64,000 bases of DNA from Heptranchias perlo. Its lineage: Eukaryota. Position numbers and translations under genes: made by a program. This document shows positions 54,201 through 64,000 of this stretch, in pieces (the stretch's first letter is position 1; each line of letters starts with the position of its first letter). The notes beneath the pieces were generated by a model. It was not told the origin of the DNA and did not search any database. It worked only from the letters and a program-made list of their open reading frames with translations. The stretch covers positions 13,640,001 through 13,704,000 of the forward strand of contig NC_090366.1 in assembly GCF_035084215.1 (NCBI RefSeq). Direction: 5' to 3'.

Positions 54201-54982
54201 CAGAGTATTTTTTAAATGGTGAGAGATTGGGAAATGTTGATGTTCAAAGGGACCTGGGTGTCCTTGTACATGAGTCACATGATGTCCTTGTACATGAGTC
54301 ACATGATGCAACAAGCAATTCGGAAGGTAAATGTTATGTTGGCCTTTATTACAAGAGGATTTGAATACAGGAGTAAAGATGTCTTACTGCAATTATATGG
54401 GGCCTTGGTGAGACCACACCTGGAGTATTGTGTACAATTTTGGTCTCCTTACCTAAGAAAGAATATACTTGCCATAGAGGGAGTGCAACAAAGGTTCACC
54501 AGACTGATTCCTGGGATGGTGGGATTGTCGTATGAGGAGAGATTGAGTAGACTAAGCCTGTATTCCCTCCAGTTTAGAAGAATGAGAGGTGATCTCATTG
54601 AAACATACAGAATTCTTACAGGGCTCGACAGGGTAGATGCTGAGAGGTTGTTTCCCCTGGCTGGGGAGTCTAGAACCAGGGGTCACAGTCTCAGAATAAG
54701 GAGTCGGCCATTTAGGACTGAGATAAGGATAAATTTCTTCACTCAGAGGGTTGTGAATCTTTAGAATTCTCTACCCCGGAGGGCTGTGGAGGCTCAGTCA
54801 TTGAGGCAGTATATTCAAGGCAGAGATCGATAGATTTCTAGATATTAAAGGCGTCAAGGGATATGGGGATCGGGCGGGAAAGTGGAGTTGAGGTCGAAGG
54901 TCAGCCATGATCTGATTGAATGGCGGAGCAGGCTCGAGGGGCCGAATGGCCTACTCCTGCTCCTATTTCTTATGTTCTTATG
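51290..54982 (+). mobile_element. Degenerate CR1 LINE, mirror copy, with nested insertion
   Basis: Mirror of 4865-8130 plus an antisense CR1 3' fragment at ~53031-53400 and a 24-bp tandem duplication at ~54260-54307. Confidence 0.92.
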
Positions 54983-57124
54983 AGAGTGAGTGTGTGTGGG
55001 TCAGTGTGTGTGAATGAGTGTGTGTGACTGTGTCTGTGTGTGGGTCAGTGTGTGAGTGTGTGTGCGTATGCATGTGTGTACATTTGTGCGAGTGAATGAG
55101 CGTGGGTGTGTGTGTGTGTGTGAGTGAGTGTGAGTGAGTGTGCAAATCTGTGTGACTGTGCGAAGGGGGTCTCGGTAATTCACCGAGCAATTAATCCATT
55201 ATCAGTGAAAATGCTATCTTCACTGCTCAGCTCTCAATTCTGCGCAGTAAATACAGGATCACAAGATTGTCATGGATCAGAAAGGCAAATCCAGTCACTT
55301 CCACAATTTTTACCACATTGAGGAGGACGCCCAGTCCATTCCCTGTGTAAAGAATTTCTTGGCATCGTTCTAAATTTATCTGTTACTAGTTTGACCCTGT
55401 GTCTCTTTGTCCTTCTCAAACAATTCAATTTAAATTAAGCTTCCAGATTTCCTTTTTCCATTCCCTGGTCGATCGTAGGAACAGGAGGAGGCCATTCAGC
55501 CCCTCGAGCCTGTTCCGCCATCCAATTAGATCATGGTTGATCTGTATCTTAACTCCATTCCCCGCCTTGGTTCCGTAAAACTCCTGACCAACGAGTATCT
55601 TTCAATCTCAGTTTTTGCAATTTTCAATTGACTCCTTGCCTAAAGGAGGAGAGAGAGGCGGAGAAATTTAGGGAGGGGGTTCCAGAGCTTGGGGCCCACG
55701 CAGATGAAGGCACGGTGCAGCCAATGGCGGGGCGATGGAAATTGGGGGAGATGCGCAAGAGGCCAGAATTGGAGGAGCGCGGAGATCTCGGAGGGTCGTA
55801 GGGGCATTTGTGCAGCAAGGCCCCGACGCCAATCCTCAGAACTTCTCCCCACTTCGTCACATTTCCCCAACCGATATTCCATGTTTCCTACTCTTTGGCC
55901 AGTTTCTTACCCGTTCCCCGGGGTTTACCCTCAATCCCCTCAGCTTTGAGTTGAACAATTAGACCTTTTGTGTAATGGGGTAAAAACAGAAATGGTTCAC
56001 CACCATTTCACAGCACAGATATCACAAGGTGCCTACACGGAGTCTCTGAGTCAGAAGGGCCTGGGTTCGAGCCCAACTCCTGAGACTTGAGCCCATAATC
56101 CACGGTGCCAGTACTGAGGGAGTGCTGCACTGCCGGAGGTGCCGTCTTTCGGATGAGACATTAAAGCGAGGCCCCGTCTGCCCTCTCAGGTGGCCATAAA
56201 AGATCCCATGGCCACTATTTTCGAAGAAGAGCAGGGGGAGTTCTTCCCGGTGTCCTGGGGCCAATATTTATCCCTCAACCAACGTCACTAAAAAACAGAT
56301 TAATCTGGTCATTATCTCATTGCTGTTTGTGGGATCTTGCTGTGCGCAAATTGGCTGCCACGTTTCCGACATTACAACAGTGACCACACTTCAAAAAGCA
56401 CTTCATTGGCTGTAAAGCGTGTTGGGACGTCCTGAGGTGGTGAAAGGCGCTATAAAAATGCAAGTCCTTCCTTCCTTGGGCAACCAGTTTGGAATCTGGT
56501 CAACTTGCTTTAAGGACAAACCTGTCGCATGTGACTCGGCTTTGCCTGGGCCAATGGGAGCCCAGCGGAGTAAAGATATGACGGCTAAGAAGGACCAAGT
56601 TGGCCAATAATTGGGACGTGTCTTAATTCCGCGAGACTTTCGTTACCTGCATTGAAAACATCTCAGGACATCCCAAATCCTTTTACAGCCAATGAATTAC
56701 TCTTGAAGAGCAGCCATTCTTCCGCTGCCAATTTGGTGCACAGCAAGATCCCACAAACCAGCAAATGGGGAGAAAGACCAATTCATTTTTTGTTTGCTGT
56801 TTGTTGGTTTGGGCCTCCAAAAACTATTTTTGTTAGGCTAGGGAATTAAGAGTTACAGAACCAAGGCAGATAAATGGAGTTGAAATACAGATCAGCCCTG
56901 GTGTGATTTAATGATGGAACAGGTTCAAAGGGATGAATGGCCTCCTCCTGATCCAATGTTGCTCCGTACCCTTTCCAATATCTCCTTCCATGGCTTGGGG
57001 ATCGTGGGCTGTTTTTTCGACCTGAAGTGTACTCTCTGTTGTTGGTTGTGGGCTGACCGGTGGGTCAAGGGGCTGTGAAAGTGTTCCCACATTTTTGTTT
57101 TTACTTTTAGGAGAGGAAGTGAAG

Positions 57125-60100
57125 ATGGAGACCCTCGGAACGCTGTCGATCTTCCTCGGCTTGTTACCAGGTACAATTTACTTGCTAAGATGAGGTCAGG
57201 AAATTGGTTTTATCGAGAGCCCCGAATTGGGAGAGCAACCGGGTAATGAAAGGAAACATATTTGATGGTCAATTGTTGAGCGACCAGATTTCAAGAGACT
57301 CTGGGGGGTGGGATTGGTTTGGGCATGGCCATGTGGATAATATGTGCGGCCGATTCGCAAACAACCGGGTAGAACGGAACACCGTAAAGCTTGCTTTCAA
57401 TGACTAGATTTGACGCTGTTTGCCGAGCTCTGTTTCTTTCATTTCTTCCCCCCTCCCCCACACTCCCTGTTTCTTTTCAGGCGTACTGTCCGGGGAATGG
57501 TCCATTCGAGCTCTGCCAAGGACAGCAGTGAGCAGATCTTGCGTGGTGATACCCTGTACTTTTGACTATCCTTCGCACCCTTATACGGCCATCCATGGAG
57601 CCTGGTTTAAGTACTGGCATTATTGGAAATACACAGTCTACTACACCAAAGATCCCACATATGCGATGGCCACATTCTTGGGACGAGCTGAAATAGTTGG
57701 GAACCTGGAGCAGAAGGATTGCTCCTTGAGGATCAATAATCTCAGACCGGACGACAGTGATGTCTATTACTTCTATCTGACTTTGGAGGGCTATGACGAA
57801 TATACTTTCACGAGCCCTGTCCAGTTACAGGTGCTAGGTAAGACTCAGTGTTGAGGGGGCGGGGGGATATTCGATTGGGCCTATTATTGGGCGCGGGTAG
57901 CGTGATGCGTTATTAAACCATGCCCAATGGTCCCTGCTCAGGGAGGATGAGAACATTGTCCGGCCTCAGTCCTCTCAGTGTCAAGCTGCGTTGAAATCCT
58001 TGCACGTCGATTCGATGCAATTCGCACTTTCCACCAGCAGGGGGAGCCCCAATCTCTTAAAGGGAGGATGTCTCTTCAAATTTCTTAAAGGTAGCCAGTG
58101 CCTGTTATTTGCTAAAAATAACAGTCTGCTGTCTGCAAGGAGATCAGATAGTGCACACGTAAAACACAGATGCAGGTCCCGTCCCTATGTTTACACACTG
58201 ATGAGTTATGTTAAAACATTGAATAAAGGTTGCACACCACTAAATCCCACATCCTCCAATCTGCATGCCAGACCTCACCAATCAGCTGATCTGAGTTGGT
58301 ACCAGGCCTGTGAGAGAGCATGCACCAAGGTTCTCTGCTGATGCACTGGAGGCCTTGGTGCAAGAGGTGGACAGAAGGAGGGACATCCTATATCCGCAGG
58401 GTGGGTGGGGGGGCAAGAGGCCCTCCAGACATATGGCCAAAGGGCAGTGGGAGGCAGCGGGGGACAAAGTCAATGCCAGGCGCATAGCGCCAAGAACAGG
58501 GATTCAGTGCAGGAAGAAGTTCAATGCTTTGACAAGAGTGGTCAAGGCGAGTGAGGTCAACTGTCAAGTGGCATCTCCAACCAACCACACCACCAGCCGC
58601 ATCCACTGCTCCACACACTACACCCCCCATCACCCACATACCAACAAACCCTTTCAATCAGAACTCAACTCTTCCAATCAGATGCCTCCTCTCTCCCTCA
58701 CACATTACCGCTGTTGCGAGCAGCCCACCCACAACTCACAGGTCACACACACACTGGCAGCTATTCAACCATGACAGGCACATCACCCAGGCAAACATCC
58801 CGCTTTCTTGCAGAAGAGGGTGGTGCATATCAGGAGGCAGCAAGTGGCAGTGGCGTTTAGCCCCTCGAGCCTGTTCCACCATTTAATGAGATCATGGATG
58901 ACCTGTGACCTAACTCCATGTCTAGCAGACTCACAGAAATCTATCAATCTCAGATTTAACATTCACAAGTGAGCTTGCATCAACTGTCATTTGCAGACGA
59001 GCGTTCCAAACTTCTCCCACCCTTTGCGTGTAGAAGCATTTCTGAACTTCACTCCTGCACGTCCTGGCTCTAAATGTTTGGCTATGTCCCCATGTCCTGG
59101 TATTCAAGTACAGGAGGCCTCCAAAAACAGGTACAAATGTCTGGGCAGCCAGAAGCAATAATCCAGCCACTAACCTGTAAATCCTGCCTGGTCCCTTTAA
59201 ATAGCACTGGTGGGGGGTCCTCCAGATGCTTGAAGACACGTTCAGATGATTGGGGTTAAGACCCTGCATTGAGTTAAGCGTTAAGTCCCAAAATGGTGTC
59301 TATCACTTTAAATCAGCGTTGCACGCTGATTGAAGCCATTTTCTCCCGACTTTACATGATTCGTTATCTGCACCCGGGCTAACTCCTACACCAAGATGGC
59401 GTCCGGCGCCCGTCATGCTGGAAACGTGCGTGCGCAGCCAAGACGCCATCTTGGATGTCGGAGAGGCCGTGTAGCGCCGAAACAACGGGCGCTCCGCGGC
59501 CCAATTTAGCGCCCGCTGCCTTTTGTCTCGGTCACTGCGCTGGAACAGGTTGGGAGATATCAACGTGCGGAATGCAAAACCTTTCCAAAACGTTGCCCTC
59601 GGCAACTGCGCCAGGAACAGTCATTTCCTTCCGAGAAGCCCAAGGGTCAGAATTGATGAGAAGATGGGAAAATCATACCGGCTCCAGGGGCTTTATAAAT
59701 AGAGGCCGAGAGTCCAAAAACAAGGAAGTCACGCTAAACTCTTTATAAATCCCTGGTTCGGCCCCAGTATTGTGTCCAATTCTGGGCACCGCACTTTAGG
59801 AAGGATGTCAAGGCCTTGGAGAGGGTGCAGAGGAGATTTACCAGAATGGGACCAGGGATGAGGGACTTCAGTTATGTGGAGAGACTGGAGAAGCTGGGAT
59901 TGTTCTCCTCAGAGCAGAGAAGGTTAAGGGGAGATTTAATCGAGGGGTTCAAAAATATGAGGGGGTTTTGATAGAGTAAATAAGGAGAAACTGTTTCCAG
60001 TGGCAGGAGGGTCGGTAACCAGAGGACACAGATTGAAGATAATTGGCAAAAGAACCAGAGGGGGAGATGAGGAGAATGTTTTTTATGCAGCGAGTTGTTC

Positions 60101-63100
60101 TGATCTGGAATGCGCTGCCTGAAAGGGCGGTGGAAGCAGATTCAATAATAACTTTCAAAAGGGGAATTGGATAAATACTTGAAAAGGAAATATTTGCAAA
60201 GCAGGAGAGTGGGACGAATGGGATAGTTCTTTCAAAGAGCCGGCACAGGCACTTTGGGCCGAATGGCCTCCTTCTATGCTGTGAGATTCTATGACAACAG
60301 GGGTGATAATTGTGAAGTCAGAGGGTGATCAAGATCTTGCATTTATATAGCGCCTTTCATGACCTCAGGACGTCCCAAAGCGCTTTACAGCCAATGAATT
60401 ACCTTTAAACTGCGGTCACTGTTACAATGTGGAGACAGAGAGCGACCAATTTACGCACAGAAAGGTCTCGGATTGAGGAGGATGGGAGAGAATGTTGGGT
60501 GAGGTGATAAACGATTAAATTGCCCCTCATTTGCCTGGGGAGGCCCTGTGAGAAAATGATTGACTCAGTCGCAATTCCCTCCCCGTCCAAATACTCTGTC
60601 AGCACCTACTCTCTGGGATCAGATGCAAGATAAGACAAGCACCAATAAATCCAATTGGGAATTGAGGAGAAACTTCTTTACCCAGAGAGTGGTGAGAATG
60701 TGGAACTCGCTCCCACAAGGAGTAGTTGAGGCGAATTGCGTGGATGGATTTAAGGGGAAGCTGTGAGGGAGAAAGGAATGGAAGGATATGCTGATCGGGT
60801 GAGATGAAGAGGGGAGGGAGGAGCATAAACGCCAGCATAGACCAGTTGGGCCAATGGCCTGTTTCAATGCTGATGTTTCGATGTAACTCGATGTAAAATT
60901 GGAGAAAAACAACAGGACTCTGTTCCAATTGAACGCCAACCTCTGTGTCTTTCTGATTATCCAGATGTTCCAGACAAGCCCAACATATTACTCCCGGACG
61001 AGATCACCGAAGGGAATCCCTCCAATATAATCTGCAAATCCCTCCACACCTGCCCTGAGAATCGTCCCCTTCTCACGTGGAACGAAGTGCCCGATTCCAC
61101 CGTCAACACCATCACAGGGAACATCGGCGAAGTTTCGACCGTGCTGACGTTTAACCCTTCGTACAAACATCACGGGCAAATTGTTTCCTGTAAATCCGAT
61201 TACCCTGAAACCAGCCATCGACTGATGAGCAATGTCACCTTGAGTGTGAAACGTGAGTATTGGTTAGAAAGACTTTCGGTCTGTGTATTAAATCAGTCAC
61301 TAATCAGGAACACAGGACAGTTCATGCACAGACCAGCGCTGGATCTAACATAAGAACATAAGAAATAGGAGCAGGAGGAGGCCAATCGGCCCCTCGAGCC
61401 TGCCCCGCCATTCAATAAGATCATGGCTGATCTGATCCTAACCTCAAATCTAAATTCATGTCCAATTTCCTGCCCGCTCCCCGTAACCCCTAATTCCCTT
61501 TACTTCTAGGAAACTGTCCATTTCTGTTTTAAATTTATTTAATGATGTAGCTTCCACAGCTTCCTGGGGCAGCAAATTCCACAGACCTACTACCCTCTGA
61601 GTGAAGAAGTTTCTCCTCATCTCAGTTTTGAAAGAGCAGCCCCTTATTCTAAGATTATGCCCCCTCGTTCTAGTTTCACCCATCCTTGGGAACATCCTTA
61701 CCGCATCCACCCGATCAAGCCCCTTCACAATCTTATATGTTTCAATAAGATCGCCTCTCATTCTTCTGAACTCCAATGAGTAGAGTCCCAATCTACTCAA
61801 CCTCTCCTCATATGTCCACCCCCTCATCCCCGGGATTAACCGAGTGAACCTTCTTTGTACTGCCTCGAGAGCAAGTATGTCTTTTCTTAAGTATGGACAC
61901 CAAAACTGTATGCAGTATTCCAGGTGCGGTCTCACCAATACCTTATATAACTGCAGCAATACCTCCCTGTTTTTATATTCTATCCCCCGAGCAATAAAAG
62001 CCAACATTCCGTTGGCCTTCTTGATCACCTGCTGCACCTGCATACTAACTTTTTGATTTTCTTGCACTAGGACCCCCAGATCCCTTTGTACTGCAGTACT
62101 TTCCAGTTTCTCGCCATTAAGATAATAACTTGCTCTCTGATTTTTCCTGCCAAAGTGCATCACCTCGCATTTTCCAATATTGTATTGCATCTGCCAAATC
62201 TCCGCCCACTCACCCAGCCTGTCTATATCTCCTTGTAGGTTTTTTATGTCCTCCTCACTCTCTACTTTCCCTCCCATCTTTGTATCATCTGCAAACTTTG
62301 ATATGTTACACTCGGTCCCCTCCTCCAAATCGTTAATATAGATTGTAAAGAGTTGGGGACCCAGCACCGACCCCTGTGGAACACCACTGGCTACTGGTTG
62401 CCAGTTCGTGAATGAACCATTTATCTGTATCCAGTCCGAGCTTGTGTGTCGCCTCAGTCCAAGTCTGGGACTGGTGTGACTCATCTATTAAATGTTTTAC
62501 TCTCTTGTTCGGTCTTTTCTTTAATTCATTCTGGGGGTGTGGGCGTCGCTGGTAAGGCCGTCATTTATTGCCCATCCCTAGCTGCCCCTTGAGAAGGTGG
62601 TGGTGAGCCGCCTTCTTGAACCGCTGCAGTCCGTGTGGTGAAGGTTCTCCCACAGTGCTGTTAGGGAGGGAGTTCCAGGATTTTGACCCAGCGACGATGA
62701 AGGAACGGCCGATATATCTCCAAGTCGGGATGGTGTGTGACTTGGAGGTGGGTGGTGTTCCCATGTGCCTGCTGCCCTTGTCCTGCTAGGTCGCGGGTTC
62801 GGGAGGTGCTGTCGAAGAAGCCTTGGCGAGTTGCTGCAGTGCATCCTGTGGATGGTACACACTGCAGCCACGGTGCGCCGGTGGTGAAGGGAGTGAATGT
62901 TTAGGGTGGTGGATGGGGTGCCAATCAAGCGGGCTGCTTTGTCCTGGATGGTGTCGAGCTTCTTGAGTGTTGTTGGAGCTGCACTCATCCAGGCAAGTGG
63001 AGAGTATTCCATCACACTCCTTGTGGATGATAGAGGATTTGGCGATGGTAATACCATTGAATACCATGGGCTGGAGGGAATGATTAGCAGGTCTTTTCTT

Positions 63101-63539
63101 GGAGATGGTATTTGGGTCTAAGGGGCTATTTCAGGCCCTCACTCCTTTGAGCGCAGCTTCCCCCCTTGGCGGGGTACAGACGTTACCTCTGTCGCCAAAC
63201 TTCAGGGGTGGAGGGGAGTGGTTTAAGGCAGCTCCATTGGCTCAAACACCTCCTCTCTTTCAGATTCTCCCAAGGAAACAGCGGTGAGGGTCGTCGGAGC
63301 CGAAGACAGAATAAAAGAGGGGGACAACGTAACATTATCCTGTTTCAGCAAGAGTAACCCGCCGGCCACTAGTTACAGCTGGTTCAGAGTCAATGGAAAC
63401 AACAAATCTGAGTTAAACGCAATCACCAAGAACATCAACCTGGGGCTTGTAACGCGGGATCACGATGCCTGGTTTTACTGCACGGCGGGAAACACACTGG
63501 GTTCCAGCAACTCCACCCCGTTCTTCGTCAGTGTGGAGT
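57125..63539 (+). CDS. MAG/CD22-like Siglec-family Ig receptor, right copy, 3'-partial; lacks essential Arg
   Basis: Leader 57125-57170 (METLGTLSIFLGLLP), V-set 57481-57837 (SCVVIPCTFDYP, DCSL, YYFYLTLEGYDEYTF), C2 60965-61252 (DVPDKPNI...CKSLHTCPENRP...), C2 63264-63539 (EGDNVTLSC...SNPPATSYSW...FYCTAGNTLG); all phase 1-1 with GT-AG. Presumably continues beyond the window. Confidence 0.85.
57860..59515 (+). mobile_element. PIF/Harbinger-like remnant, mirror copy
   Basis: ORF 58310..58774 carries the Myb/SANT-like segment; mirror of 305-1945. Confidence 0.65.
59768..60295 (+). mobile_element. CR1 LINE 3' fragment
   Basis: ORF2 C-terminal motifs and tail gggccgaatggcctccttctatgctgtgagattctatg; its first part mirrors window positions 1-50. 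Confidence 0.85.
61349..62425 (-). mobile_element. 5'-truncated CR1 LINE with uninterrupted ORF2 C-terminus
   Basis: ORF 61456..62484 with GVPQGSVLGP, FADDTK, RPHLEYC and no internal stops; intact ttcttatg-repeat tail. Confidence 0.92.
62525..63020 (-). mobile_element. CR1-Zenon-like LINE 3' fragment
   Basis: RSVMEYSPLAWMSAAPTTLKKLDTIQDKAARLI, same family as 23930-25197. Confidence 0.8.
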
Positions 63540-63664
63540 GTAAGTGTTTTACGTTTCGTGGCTGAACAGAATGGAATTCACTGAGATACAGTTCAGGGCA
63601 GGTCCTCACCGTCTCCCGTGAACCTCCCACATCTTCTCCGTGCTGGACGTTGACTCCAAGAAGT

Positions 63665-64000
63665 ATTTAACCCTGTACCTGCCCTGGGAGTGTTTGACGG
63701 GACAGTGTAGAGGGAGCTTTACTCTGTATCTAACCCTGTACCTGCCCTGGGAGTGTTTGATGGGACAGTGTAGAGGGAGCTTTACTCTGTATCTAACCCT
63801 GTACCTGCCCTGGGAGTGTTTGATGGGACAGTGTAGAGGGAGCTTTACTCTGTATCTAACCCTGTACCTGCCCTGGGAGTGTTTGATGGGACAGTGTAGA
63901 GGGAGCTTTACTCTGTATCTAACCGGTGCTGTACCTGCCCTGGGAGTGTTTGATGGGGCAGTGTAGAGGGAGCTTTACTCTGTATCTAACCCTGTACCTG
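63665..64000. repeat. 63-bp minisatellite, continues past window end
   Basis: Unit actctgtatctaaccctgtacctgccctgggagtgtttgatgggacagtgtagagggagcttt starting at 63721, 63784, 63847. Confidence 0.93.

Larger units (their letters stand above)
36663..59818. repeat. Right arm of large inverted segmental duplication
   Basis: Reverse complement of 1..~25197 with scattered SNPs, indels and VNTR length changes. Confidence 0.95.

Noticed and set aside
58310-58774. Host NAIF1/MSANTD-type gene
   Set aside because: An isolated Myb-like segment inside an intronic transposon remnant with no supported start or further exons.
61456-62484. Functional reverse transcriptase gene
   Set aside because: 5'-truncated CR1 copy lacking the endonuclease and the N-terminal RT motifs.
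57125-63539. Assigning the symbol MAG or CD22
   Set aside because: Only motif-level similarity; the essential Arg is missing and the gene is duplicated, so orthology needs phylogeny and synteny.

Overview
Eukaryotic, repeat-rich vertebrate DNA whose repeats (CR1, CR1-Zenon-like and L2 LINEs, Deu-domain tRNA SINEs, a Harbinger remnant, SINE-derived minisatellites) point to a cartilaginous fish; no species is claimed. The window is a Siglec-like immunoglobulin-superfamily receptor cluster arranged as a large imperfect palindrome: 1..~25200 is the reverse complement of ~36660..59818 and the left arm runs off the window. Layout: A - B1 - z - s - L - x - B2 - inv(L) - s' - inv(z) - inv(B3) - inv(A). 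Each ~10.5 kb B unit carries a CD33-related-Siglec-like gene (leader, V-set with the essential Arg, two C2-set exons, TM exon, downstream ITIM-bearing exon). Each A segment carries a divergently transcribed MAG/CD22-like gene whose V-set has Tyr in place of the essential Arg. Main observations: (1) the inversion junction maps inside two oppositely oriented Zenon-like LINE ends; (2) the three near-identical B genes differ mostly in two short V-domain patches at the predicted ligand-contact loops and are mosaics of each other; (3) the TM exon is out of phase with the ITIM exon, with a SINE and a duplicated promoter between them; (4) a CpG-rich 32-bp VNTR separates the head-to-head promoters and differs about 4.5-fold between arms. 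Exon models are read from splice signals and frame only, with no transcript evidence; repeat counts and boundaries are approximate.
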